A stretch of 64,000 bases of DNA from an uncultured Methanomassiliicoccus sp. (GTDB taxonomy: Archaea > Thermoplasmatota > Thermoplasmata > Methanomassiliicoccales > UBA472): assembly GCA_964585915.1 (NCBI GenBank), contig CAZPFU010000005.1, positions 7,452 through 71,451 on the forward strand, in the 5' to 3' direction. Each line of letters starts with the position of its first letter. Position 1 is the stretch's first letter. Positions 47,061 to 56,283 of the stretch are shown here, piece by piece. Both the position numbers and the translations under genes were made by a program. The notes below the pieces were generated by a model. That model was given only the letters and a program-made list of their open reading frames with translations, was not told the DNA's origin and made no database searches.

Positions 47061-48691
47061 CGTCCACCCCCGGCGCACGCGCAGGCGCAAGCACAAGCAC
47101 AGGCGCAATGCCCTCCGCTGCGCACCGGTCCAGAACTGGAGACCGGCATCGGATTGGTCACCCTGACCACGTCGTTGGCGATGCCGCGCATGTCGTTCAC
47201 CAGGTTGTTGGCGGCGTTCCGCACGTTGTTCACGTAATCGTTGGCCATCTTGCCCACGTCCGGAATGAAGCCGGAGGTGCCAACCCCGCCGGGGACCGGC
47301 CGGTGTATGAATATCGGCAGGATGAGGATGTCCCTCTGCATGCGCCCGGGATAATCGCGGTCAAGCATCATCCAGTCATTGTTCTTCTGCAGCTGGAACG
47401 CGGCATCCTCCGGCGTCCCGGCCGTCTTTACCTGCTGCCAGGCCTTGTCGCATATCGATTCGTAATACCTCTGGGTGGCCGATTGCTCAAAGCCCTTCAT
47501 CTTCTCCAGGGTGGCGTTGATGAGGCTCACCAGAGCTTTCTTCAGCAGACCGCGGTCCACCGTCCCGTCCGGACCGATGGTGCGAAGATAGTCCGTCTCA
47601 TAGGGGTGTTCGCCGACCTCGGCCAGCTTCTGCAGGCGCATCGGCGCTTGTTCCGACAGCACCCGTACCTTGCCCTTCCTGATCAGGCCGAAGAGGACCA
47701 TGGTGGAGACCATCTCCAGTGGTCTCTCCAGAACGACGGCCGCCTCCACCACGGTCAGGTCGCGCCGCGGACCGGCGCCCACCACGTTCATCACCGGCTC
47801 GTAGTAATCTCCGCGCCGCTTTCTTGCTACGGACACATTGATCACCACGAACAGGGTGGCGAACAAGGCCATGACGATAAGCGGCAACAGCAGCGACACC
47901 AAGGCCCAGATGTCCCCGAAGATGTCCATCTCCGGGTCGGGCAGGAAGTACTGCTCGACGTAAACGGCCGGGAAGCCCACGCCAACGTCGTAGCTGCCGG
48001 CCGCCACGTTGTCAGGATAGACGTTGGAGTCGGTCCACATGGCCACATGCCTTTCCGTGGCGTTGTCCCAATAGAACTGGTCCCAGGGATTGCCTTCGTA
48101 CCAGAGAGCCTGCGTTTCGTCGGTGAAGCCCTCCGGGAATATCAGCCTCTGCACCAGGGTTCCGGTCGGTCCGACCTGGAACTCCGGATCGAACCAGGTG
48201 GGGCGGAAGCTTGCGCCCACGGTGTCGTTGATCATTTCGTTCAGATACACCATGTGCGGGTTGTTCACGTGGAAGTATAGCTCGAAGGAACCGGCGCTCT
48301 CGATGGCGTTCTGAAGCGTATTGCCGAACTCCACCGCCATCCCCACATCGATGTACGGTGATTCGTGTACCTGCGAGGGAGCGTACTGGGTGCTGCCGAC
48401 GAAGATGGTGGCTTCCGCCGAATTCTCATCGTAATGGGAGTTGGGAAGCCCGATGTCCACCCCATCCAGGAAGCCGACGTTGGTGAACAGGAAGTAATAA
48501 TCGATGTCCACGCTGCCATCCCTCAGGATCGTGACGTTGACCTCTTGCCGCTCCACGGAGAAGGAGTAGTCGGCCGCCCTTGCTTCGCCGAAGGGGGATT
48601 GGTTCAGCGTCCCGAGCCCGCTGAGAAGCAGAGATGATATCAGCAGCAACGATAGGACGTTGACCGTGACATAACGCGAAAGTCGTTCCAT
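47057..48691 (-). CDS. Single-pass membrane protein (DUF2207-like ectodomain) with a C-terminal H(CA)6GGGR tail
   Basis: Signal peptide, beta-rich ectodomain (RQEVNVTILRDGSVDIDY), TM helix followed by RKRR, ends SGGHCACACACACACAGGGR. Confidence 0.85.
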   Translation of the reverse strand: MERLSRYVTVNVLSLLLISSLLLSGLGTLNQSPFGEARAADYSFSVERQEVNVTILRDGSVDIDYYFLFTNVGFLDGVDIGLPNSHYDENSAEATIFVGSTQYAPSQVHESPYIDVGMAVEFGNTLQNAIESAGSFELYFHVNNPHMVYLNEMINDTVGASFRPTWFDPEFQVGPTGTLVQRLIFPEGFTDETQALWYEGNPWDQFYWDNATERHVAMWTDSNVYPDNVAAGSYDVGVGFPAVYVEQYFLPDPEMDIFGDIWALVSLLLPLIVMALFATLFVVINVSVARKRRGDYYEPVMNVVGAGPRRDLTVVEAAVVLERPLEMVSTMVLFGLIRKGKVRVLSEQAPMRLQKLAEVGEHPYETDYLRTIGPDGTVDRGLLKKALVSLINATLEKMKGFEQSATQRYYESICDKAWQQVKTAGTPEDAAFQLQKNNDWMMLDRDYPGRMQRDILILPIFIHRPVPGGVGTSGFIPDVGKMANDYVNNVRNAANNLVNDMRGIANDVVRVTNPMPVSSSGPVRSGGHCACACACACACAGGGR

Positions 48692-48696
48692 CGCGC

Positions 48697-49053
48697 TCAC
48701 CACTTGGGCGATTCCTCCAGGGAGGAGATGGTGCCGCAGTACGGACAGGTCATGATGACCCCGCCCTGCACGACCTTGAGGTTCTCGTCCGTGAGCGGCG
48801 CTCCGCAGCTCTTGCAGTTCAGCTCCTTCTTCTCCATCTGCCCGGAACCGCTCATCGTCACATTGAAGTTCTGGGTCACCAGCGTGGGCTTGGACGCCTC
48901 GACCCTTTTACTGCGGTAGACGAAGACCATGAGCACGATGGCCATCAGCACCAGCGCCCCGCCGGTTATGAGGTTCTGCGTACCAGCTGCGATAAGGAAT
49001 ATCACTCCCAGAAGCATCAGGAATATGGCCACGAAGAGGATGACGCTCTCCAT
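48697..49053 (-). CDS. Two-TM membrane protein with a C-terminal zinc ribbon
   Basis: Two hydrophobic helices then CKSCGAPL...CPYCG; its stop overlaps the GGTGAG RBS of the next gene. Confidence 0.8.
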   Translation of the reverse strand: MESVILFVAIFLMLLGVIFLIAAGTQNLITGGALVLMAIVLMVFVYRSKRVEASKPTLVTQNFNVTMSGSGQMEKKELNCKSCGAPLTDENLKVVQGGVIMTCPYCGTISSLEESPKW

Positions 49054-49204
49054 AACGCGGTTCAATAAGTTTCCCCCGGCATCGCATGATGTTCCAGGAT
49101 TTTAAAGGTGATTGAGGATGCGGCCCAAATGATAGGAAGCCGGAAAAGACCAAGGCCTGGGCTGAAGAGAGGGGGGAGCGTTTCACACGCACATCCTTAC
49201 CATC

Positions 49205-51535
49205 TCATTTCCTTAACTTGAACCACCAGACACCTAAGGCGGCTGCCGCCACGATGACCACCACTACGATCGCAATCATCAACGTCTGACCATCGGACCC
49301 GTCATTTTCAGAGGGGACGGTGACGTTCAGAACATTGGACAGAGGTGAGTTGCCAAGGTCGTTCACCGCCTTCACGGCAAAGAAGTACTTGACACCGGGG
49401 TCCAGCCCGGTGACGGTGGCCGATGTACTGGTGTTCGACAACGTTCCTCCGAACTGGGCGTCCGGGGAAACGGTGCCGTAGAACACCGTGTAGCCGGTGA
49501 TCGACAGGTTGCCGTCGTTCTCCGGGCTGGTCCAGGTCAGGGTAACCACGGTACCCTCGGCCGTGGCTGAGACCAGCAGCGGGGAGGATGGTACCGAGAG
49601 CGCCATCGAGGCGATCCCGTTCCAGGTGGGCGAGGTGAAGTTGGCTGCGCCCAGATAGTATTGCACGACCAGCGATCCGTTCAGCATGTGCTTCCAGTTG
49701 ATGTCGGTATCCGGGGCGTCCCCATTGAAGCGCAGGACCTCCAGAGCGGGGAGATCGCAGAAAGAGCGGTACCCGAGATAGGCGACACTCCCAGGAACAA
49801 TAATGTGAGTGAGGTTGCAGGCATTGATGGCCCAATCGCCTATGGTCACCACTCCATCCGGAATATCGTATGCGCCTGTCCAACCAGAGGGGACCTTGAT
49901 CAATATGGTCCTGTTGGCGTTGAACAGCGCCCCGTCCATGCTGGAGTAGTTGACGCCTCCCTCATCGACATTGATCTTCAGCAAGGCGTAGCATTCGTCG
50001 AAGGCCCATTCCCCGATGTAAGTCACACTGCCAGGGATGTTGATCTCGGTGAGCGTTGGACACTCCGAGAAAGCGCCCTCCCCGATGTAGGTCACCCCTT
50101 CAGGGATGGTCACCGAGGTCAAGCTCTGGGCATAGGCCATGCTCCAGTCGCGCAGGGAGGTCACGGTGTCGGGGAAGACGTACGCACCTGCCTTTCCAGA
50201 TGGGTACTGAAGAAGCTCCGTGACATCCTTGTCGAAAAGCACGCCATCCAGGCTGGAATAGATGGGATTGCCCGGATCGACCTCGATCTCGGTGAGGTTC
50301 CTGTCATACGATAGCGCCCATATCGGTATGTCCGTCACGTTCTTCCCTATCCCGACCCGGCTCAGTTCGGGGCAGGAGCTGAAAGCGGCGTCTCCCAGGG
50401 CGGTGACGCTGTCCGGCACATTGTAACTTCCTCCCAGCCCGCAGGGGTACTTGATGAGCCTGGTGAGGTCCTCGTTGAACAGGACCCCTCCGGCGCTCTC
50501 GTATACGGTGTTCGACGGATCGACGTTAATGGACGTCATGGACCAGCAGCCGCTGAAGGTCCGGTCCGCCATGGAGGCGACGCTGCCCGGAATGTCCACG
50601 CTGGTCAGGGACGTGCAGGAGGTGAACGCATAGTTCCCTATTGTGCTCAAGCCCTCGTTCAGGGTCAGGGAGCTCAGAGAGGCGCAGCCCGAGAACGCGC
50701 TCGCCCCGATGGTGAGCACGTTCCCGGGTATCTCCAGGGCAGCCAGCGAGCTGCAGAAGTAGAAGGCGTTGACACCTATGGAGGAGGTGCCGGTCCCTAT
50801 GGTGAGCGAGGACAGGGAGTCGCACACGATGAAGGCGCTGTTCCCTATGGTGTTGACGCTGTCCGGTATGGTTATTGATTCCAGGGCTCGGCAGTAGGCG
50901 AAGGTCCAGTCGGATATGGCGCTGATCCCGCTGCCCAAGGTCACGGAGCTTAGCGATGTGCAGGAGTAGAAGGCCTTCTGTTGGATGAAGGTCACGCTGT
51001 CCGGGATGGTTATTGAGGTTATCTTGCTGCAATAGACGAAGGCCTCGTAACCGATGCTGTCCGTGGTCCCCGGCACATCGTACCCTCCTTCCAATCCCGG
51101 CGGATACATCACCAGGGCACCGAGGTTTTTACTGAAAAGCACCCCGTCCAAGCTGGCGAATTGCGTGCTGTTGCTGTCGACATATATGGCGGTCAGGTTC
51201 CAGCACTCCTGGAAGGCCATGGAGCTGACCCCTCCCAAACTGGATGGAAGGGTAACTGATGTCACGCTCTCCATCTGATAGAACGCATGCCAGTCTATCA
51301 TGGTCACCGGTCTTCCATCTATCAGCTCGGGGATGACCACGTCTCCCCCCGGACCTGTGTAACTGGTGATCTTGACCTCGGTGTCGCCGTTTATGAGCTC
51401 GTACTCATAGTCACCGCTCGCGACCGCCGTGGCGGGGCCGGTGAACACGATCGATACGAATAGCGACACCAGCATTATCAATGATAAAAAGAGAGCGCTT
51501 AACGAGATCAACCTGGATGATCCAATCTCTTCCAC
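49205..51535 (-). CDS. BspA-like leucine-rich-repeat surface protein with FN3 domain and C-terminal TM anchor
   Basis: Repeated L.S.TIP.SV..IG..AF..C units, four DGVLF-type inserts, FN3 (LTWTSP...GYTVFYG...KYFFAVKAVN), TM plus basic tail. Confidence 0.9.
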   Translation of the reverse strand: MEEIGSSRLISLSALFLSLIMLVSLFVSIVFTGPATAVASGDYEYELINGDTEVKITSYTGPGGDVVIPELIDGRPVTMIDWHAFYQMESVTSVTLPSSLGGVSSMAFQECWNLTAIYVDSNSTQFASLDGVLFSKNLGALVMYPPGLEGGYDVPGTTDSIGYEAFVYCSKITSITIPDSVTFIQQKAFYSCTSLSSVTLGSGISAISDWTFAYCRALESITIPDSVNTIGNSAFIVCDSLSSLTIGTGTSSIGVNAFYFCSSLAALEIPGNVLTIGASAFSGCASLSSLTLNEGLSTIGNYAFTSCTSLTSVDIPGSVASMADRTFSGCWSMTSINVDPSNTVYESAGGVLFNEDLTRLIKYPCGLGGSYNVPDSVTALGDAAFSSCPELSRVGIGKNVTDIPIWALSYDRNLTEIEVDPGNPIYSSLDGVLFDKDVTELLQYPSGKAGAYVFPDTVTSLRDWSMAYAQSLTSVTIPEGVTYIGEGAFSECPTLTEINIPGSVTYIGEWAFDECYALLKINVDEGGVNYSSMDGALFNANRTILIKVPSGWTGAYDIPDGVVTIGDWAINACNLTHIIVPGSVAYLGYRSFCDLPALEVLRFNGDAPDTDINWKHMLNGSLVVQYYLGAANFTSPTWNGIASMALSVPSSPLLVSATAEGTVVTLTWTSPENDGNLSITGYTVFYGTVSPDAQFGGTLSNTSTSATVTGLDPGVKYFFAVKAVNDLGNSPLSNVLNVTVPSENDGSDGQTLMIAIVVVVIVAAAALGVWWFKLRK

Positions 51536-51636
51536 CTTGTCTCCCCCTAGAAGATGCTGAAAATCACTCTCGTTTGCTGAGTATATATAAACTAGGAACT
51601 GGGAGAAAGGAAGTAATTGATTTGGCGGAAAGATTC

Positions 51637-53055
51637 TCAGTCTGACTGGTTGGACAGCCCCTTCTCGCCCAGCCGGGAGATGATGGCCCCCACGATCGAT
51701 AGCGCGCCTCCGAAGGCAACGGCGGTGGCGACCGAGTCTGAAAGCTCTCCGGCCAGAGGTCCGCCGGCTATCGCCCCGTAATCCATGGACCCCATCATCA
51801 AGGTCATGAGGATGGTGGCCAGGGAGACGCCGACCGCCAGGGACAGGTTCCTGGTGGTGGCCTGGATGCTGGAAGCGAGACCGCTCTTCTTCATTGGCAG
51901 GGCCATCATCAGCTCGGCGTTGTTCGGGGTCTGGAACAGGCAGCTTCCGACGCCCATGACCGCGAAGGCGATCAGGACGATCGGGATATTGGCGTCCATG
52001 AACCCGTAGGCCATCATGAAGAAGGCGGCGGCGCGGATCAGGTGCGCTAACGTGGTGTACGGGAACATACGCTTGCGGTCGTATATTCGGCCGACCAGGG
52101 GCGAGCCGAACATGGTTATGGCCGGGAGGATCATGAAGATGAAACCTACCGTTACTGGATCATAGACCAGCACCCCTTCGAAGTAGAAGGGGCCGAGGAT
52201 GGTGACCATGTTCATGGAGATGAAGAACACGACCATGCTGAGCACGGTCAAGGAGAAGCGGCGCACCTTGAATACCGAGAGGTCCAGCAGCGGTTCCTCG
52301 ACCCGGCGCTCCCGGCGGATGAAGAGGAGGAACGTGGCTAGGAGCACTATGACCAGGATGGCGGTGTTCGTGTCGACCTTTCCGGTGTTGCCGATCTCGC
52401 CCAGCGCCAGTACGAGCGACGCCATCATCACTATCCACAGGAAGGCGCCGACCAGATCAAGGTGGAACTTATTTGACAGAGTTTCCTCCAGGCGGAGGAA
52501 CTTGAACGCGGCCACGGCGGCGAACAGTCCGATCGGGACGTTGACGAAAAAGATCGACTGCCAGCCAAAGGTGCCGACCAGAACGCCACCGATCACCGGA
52601 CCAGCCATGCCGCCCACGGCGACCGTCGAACCGAGGAACCCCAGGGCCTTGCCGCGGTCCCTTATGCTGAAAAGACGGAAAACGATGGCCGTGGACACGC
52701 TGAACATCATGGACGCGCCAAGACCTTGCAGTAACCGGAACGCGATGAGCTGCGTGAGGTCGGAGGACAAGGCGCACGAGAGCGAGGATAGCGAGAACAC
52801 CACCAGGCCGATGGTGAACAGCTTGGCCTGACCGACCCGTTCGGCGATCTTGCCGCATATGATCAGGAAGCAGGTCTGGACCAGTAGGTAACCGGTGACC
52901 ACCCATTGGGTGTCGGCGACGGTCACCTGGAAATAGGAGGTTATTGCGGGCAGGGCGATGTTCAGAGCGACAGCGTCTAGCACGGACATGAACACCCCCA
53001 GCATGACGATTACCAGGGCTACGTACTTTCCCTTTGTCCCGGTGTCGCCGTTCAT
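51637..53055 (-). CDS. MFS transporter, DHA2 (EmrB/QacA) family
   Basis: FMSVLDAVALNIALP, GKIAERVG, QSIFFVNVPIG; 14-TM pattern. Confidence 0.9.
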   Translation of the reverse strand: MNGDTGTKGKYVALVIVMLGVFMSVLDAVALNIALPAITSYFQVTVADTQWVVTGYLLVQTCFLIICGKIAERVGQAKLFTIGLVVFSLSSLSCALSSDLTQLIAFRLLQGLGASMMFSVSTAIVFRLFSIRDRGKALGFLGSTVAVGGMAGPVIGGVLVGTFGWQSIFFVNVPIGLFAAVAAFKFLRLEETLSNKFHLDLVGAFLWIVMMASLVLALGEIGNTGKVDTNTAILVIVLLATFLLFIRRERRVEEPLLDLSVFKVRRFSLTVLSMVVFFISMNMVTILGPFYFEGVLVYDPVTVGFIFMILPAITMFGSPLVGRIYDRKRMFPYTTLAHLIRAAAFFMMAYGFMDANIPIVLIAFAVMGVGSCLFQTPNNAELMMALPMKKSGLASSIQATTRNLSLAVGVSLATILMTLMMGSMDYGAIAGGPLAGELSDSVATAVAFGGALSIVGAIISRLGEKGLSNQSD

Positions 53056-53163
53056 TTCGCTCGGGGCACCTGAGAGATGGTTCCCTCATAAAGGTTGTGC
53101 ATCCTTAGGACCGGTTGCCAAAACGTTATATCCGGGGGAAGGAGTAGGCCGCACCCGTTCCAG

Positions 53164-54369
53164 ATGGGCGCAGAAAAGAACGTTGAACAGAGGTACCTGG
53201 GTGGAAAGGGGCTCATCGCTCTGCTCGCCGTGCTGTCGGCCTTCGTCCCCCTGTCCACCGACCTGTACCTTCCTGCGCTTCCCAGGATGGGGGATTACTT
53301 CGGAGTGTCGTCCGCCCTCACCAACCTCACCCTGGTGCTGTTCTTCATCTTCTTCAGCCTGGGCATGCTTTTCTGGGGCCCGATGAGCGACAAGTACGGC
53401 CGGCGCAGGGTGCTGCTGGTCGGCCTGTCCCTCTATGTTCTGGCCAGCGCGGGATGCGCGGTCTCCTGGGACATCTTCATGCTCATCGCCTTCCGTGTGC
53501 TGCAGGCGTTGGGGGGCAGCGCCGCTTCGGCCGTGGCCACCGCCATGATCAAGGACGTCTACGAGGGCAGACGCAGGGAGTCGGTGCTGTCCATCGTGCA
53601 ATCGATGGTGGTCATCTCCCCGGCGGTGGCCCCGGTGCTTGGCGCGTTCCTGCTGCCGGTCATGTCCTGGCGCGGCCTCTTCTGGGTGTTGGCGCTGATA
53701 GGGCTGATATCGTTCGCAGGATGCCTGCTGCTGGAGGAGACGCTGAAGACCCGGTTTCAGGGCACCGTGCCGCAGGCCTTGCGCCGCCTGGCAGTGGTGC
53801 TCCGCAACCCCGGGTTCAGCTCGTTGCTGCTGGTGTTCTCCTTGATCAGCTTGGCTTCCCTGGCCTTCATCGCCGATTCGTCGTACATTTACCAGGACGT
53901 GTTCGGCCTGTCCGCCCAGACATACAGCTTTTACTTCGCCCTCAACGCCATGGGCATGCTCCTGGGACCTTTCCTCTACCTATTCCTTTCTCGCTACTAC
54001 ACGCGCCGTTCGATAGTGGTGACCTGCTTTGGGATAATGGCCCTGGCCGGCCTGCTGGTGGCCGTCTTCGGGAACGCCGGCCCGATGTTCTTCGCCCTGG
54101 CCCTGCTGCCGGCCACCCTGATGGGGTCTTGCGTGCGCCCCGCCGGCACCTTCCTGATGCTGGAGCAGCAGAAGGAGGACGCGGGAGCGGCCTCATCCCT
54201 CATCAACTGCTTCGGCCTGGTGATGGGCAGCATGGGAATGATCATCGTTTCGCTGGCTGGCAGCGACCTTCTGCTGGTGCTGGGAATGATAAACGTCATC
54301 GTGGGTTTGACCTGCGCCATGGCCTGGCTGGCCATATGCAGGGCGAAGCTGGCGGTCAGCGCCCGGTGA
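53164..54369 (+). CDS. MFS transporter, Bcr/CflA family
   Basis: PLSTDLYLPALP, GPMSDKYGRR, AMIKDVY. Confidence 0.9.
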   Translation: MGAEKNVEQRYLGGKGLIALLAVLSAFVPLSTDLYLPALPRMGDYFGVSSALTNLTLVLFFIFFSLGMLFWGPMSDKYGRRRVLLVGLSLYVLASAGCAVSWDIFMLIAFRVLQALGGSAASAVATAMIKDVYEGRRRESVLSIVQSMVVISPAVAPVLGAFLLPVMSWRGLFWVLALIGLISFAGCLLLEETLKTRFQGTVPQALRRLAVVLRNPGFSSLLLVFSLISLASLAFIADSSYIYQDVFGLSAQTYSFYFALNAMGMLLGPFLYLFLSRYYTRRSIVVTCFGIMALAGLLVAVFGNAGPMFFALALLPATLMGSCVRPAGTFLMLEQQKEDAGAASSLINCFGLVMGSMGMIIVSLAGSDLLLVLGMINVIVGLTCAMAWLAICRAKLAVSAR

Positions 54370-54597
54370 TCGGCCAGCTGTTCACTGATGGGGCATGGCC
54401 TTGGTCCGCCGCTGCACGGGGGAGGATGCCTTTGGAGCAAAAAAGAGCGCTGACTGGTCCTTCAAAGCGGTCATTATCCGAAATAAGAGATTGTTAGAAA
54501 GGATAAGAGTAAATATTAACGCTCGCTAAGCATCCCGAAACAACTGGGGCTCATGGGAGCTCGTTCCCTGGGCCCGGGCATAGGACAGCTGGTAACC

Positions 54598-55611
54598 GTG
54601 GACGTAGTAACTGAGTTGGCCTGGATAGTATTCATCATAACCTTTGCAGCGCTATTGATACTCGACCTCGGGGTCTTCAACCGCAAGGCGCACATCATCC
54701 GGCCCAGAGAGGCCCTTCTGCAGATGGCCTTCTTCATCGGCGTGGCCATCGCATTCAATGCCGGGATCTACTTCTACATGGGCTCCGGACCCGGACTGGA
54801 GTTCACCACTGGCTACCTGATGGAGCTCATGCTCAGCGTGGACAACCTGTTCGTGATCATACTCATCTTCACCTCCTTCTGCATCCCTCGCAAGTTCCAG
54901 CACAAGGTGCTATTCTACGGTATCCTGGGAGCGCTGATCTTCAGACTGGCCTTCATTCTGGTCGGGGTTACCCTGGTGGAGAGGTTCGAATGGGTGCTCT
55001 ACATCTTCGGTGCTTTCCTGCTCATAACCGCCATCAAGATGGTGGTCGGCAAGGAGAAGGAGGACGTCGACCCGGAGCACAACCTGCTGGTCCGCTTCTT
55101 CCGCAGGTTCCTGAGGGTCACCAAGGACTATCACGATGACAAGTTCTTCGTGCACCTGCCGAACGGCGCCGGGAAGATGGTCATGTTCGCCACCCCGATG
55201 TTCATCGCTTTGCTGGTAATCGAGAGCACGGACATCGTGTTCGCCGTGGACTCCATACCGGCCATCCTGGGCATAACGACGTCGACGTTCATCATCTTCA
55301 GCTCCAACGCCTTCGCCGTGCTCGGCCTGCGTTCCATGTACTTCGCGCTGTCGCACATCATGACCCTGTTCTGCTATCTCAAGTACGGGCTGGCGGGGAT
55401 ACTGGCGTTCGTAGGCGTGAAGATGCTGGCCGGCATCTTCGACTATCACGTGCCGGTGCTGACCTCTCTGATGATCATCGTGACCATCCTCGCTGTCGCC
55501 ATGGCCGCCTCCTGGATCAGGACGCATAAGACCGGTACCTGCCCGGTGATCCAGGAGGTCCAGTCGGAGAGCTGCCCGGCCCTGAAGAGCTTGGGCGACG
55601 AGAAGAAGTGA
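54598..55611 (+). CDS. terC: TerC/Alx family membrane protein
   Basis: MELMLSVDNLFV, QHKVLFYGILGALIFR, DIVFAVDSIPA, SNAFAVLGLRSMYF; start GTG 54598 (ATG 54553 possible). Confidence 0.9.
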   Translation: MDVVTELAWIVFIITFAALLILDLGVFNRKAHIIRPREALLQMAFFIGVAIAFNAGIYFYMGSGPGLEFTTGYLMELMLSVDNLFVIILIFTSFCIPRKFQHKVLFYGILGALIFRLAFILVGVTLVERFEWVLYIFGAFLLITAIKMVVGKEKEDVDPEHNLLVRFFRRFLRVTKDYHDDKFFVHLPNGAGKMVMFATPMFIALLVIESTDIVFAVDSIPAILGITTSTFIIFSSNAFAVLGLRSMYFALSHIMTLFCYLKYGLAGILAFVGVKMLAGIFDYHVPVLTSLMIIVTILAVAMAASWIRTHKTGTCPVIQEVQSESCPALKSLGDEKK

Positions 55612-55752
55612 GCTGCCCCTGTCGCCGGAACCTATCAGCCCTCTGTAATTCAGTTATCTTTATTCATTAAAAGGGAATCGCCGGTGGACTCGGTCTGGGC
55701 CTGCCGCCCGAGGCCGTGAATTACGATCAACGACCGTAATGGAGTGAATAAC

Positions 55753-56193
55753 ATGGGTCTGTTCGACAAGTTCAGCTCGAAGGATGAGAAGGTCAAGCTA
55801 AGCAAGGAAGAGGCTTTCGCCGCGGTGAGCCTGGTGGCCATCGCCGCTGACGGTGTTATAACCGAGGAAGAGGCGCGCGGTATGTTCGTGCAGTTCTACC
55901 GGATGAGGACGTTCGCCGGCTACAACGACAACCAGATGTCGTCGATGCTCAACAAGCTCATCAATATCATAAAGAAGCAGGGTTTGGACGCCTTGGTCGG
56001 ACTGGCCAAGGAATCCCTGCCGGAGAACATGAGGGCCACCGCTTTCGCGGTAGCTACCGACCTCGCCCTGGCGGACGGGGAGATCGCCGAGGAGGAGAAG
56101 AGGTTGCTGACCAAGGTCCAGCAATCCCTCGGGCTCCCGGAGGACGAGGCGGTCAAGATCATCGAGGTCATGATGATCAAGAACAAGGGCTGA
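55753..56193 (+). CDS. terB: Tellurite resistance TerB family protein
   Basis: AIAADGVIT.EE, LALADGEIAEEE, IIEVMMIKN. Confidence 0.85.
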   Translation: MGLFDKFSSKDEKVKLSKEEAFAAVSLVAIAADGVITEEEARGMFVQFYRMRTFAGYNDNQMSSMLNKLINIIKKQGLDALVGLAKESLPENMRATAFAVATDLALADGEIAEEEKRLLTKVQQSLGLPEDEAVKIIEVMMIKNKG

Positions 56194-56283
56194 GGCCCTT
56201 CCAATCCTTTTTCCTATTTTTATCATTAGGCAACCAGATGGGCGGTATGCCTATCAGGTCGTGGCCATCGAACGAAGGACCTC

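Noticed and set aside
47072-47107. CA-repeat as a DNA microsatellite or assembly artefact
   Set aside because: Synonymous codons vary (TGC/TGT; GCC/GCT/GCG), so the repeat exists at the protein level only
54370-54597. Possible yybP-ykoY manganese riboswitch upstream of terC
   Set aside because: No GGGGAGUA or downstream conserved loop motifs recognisable
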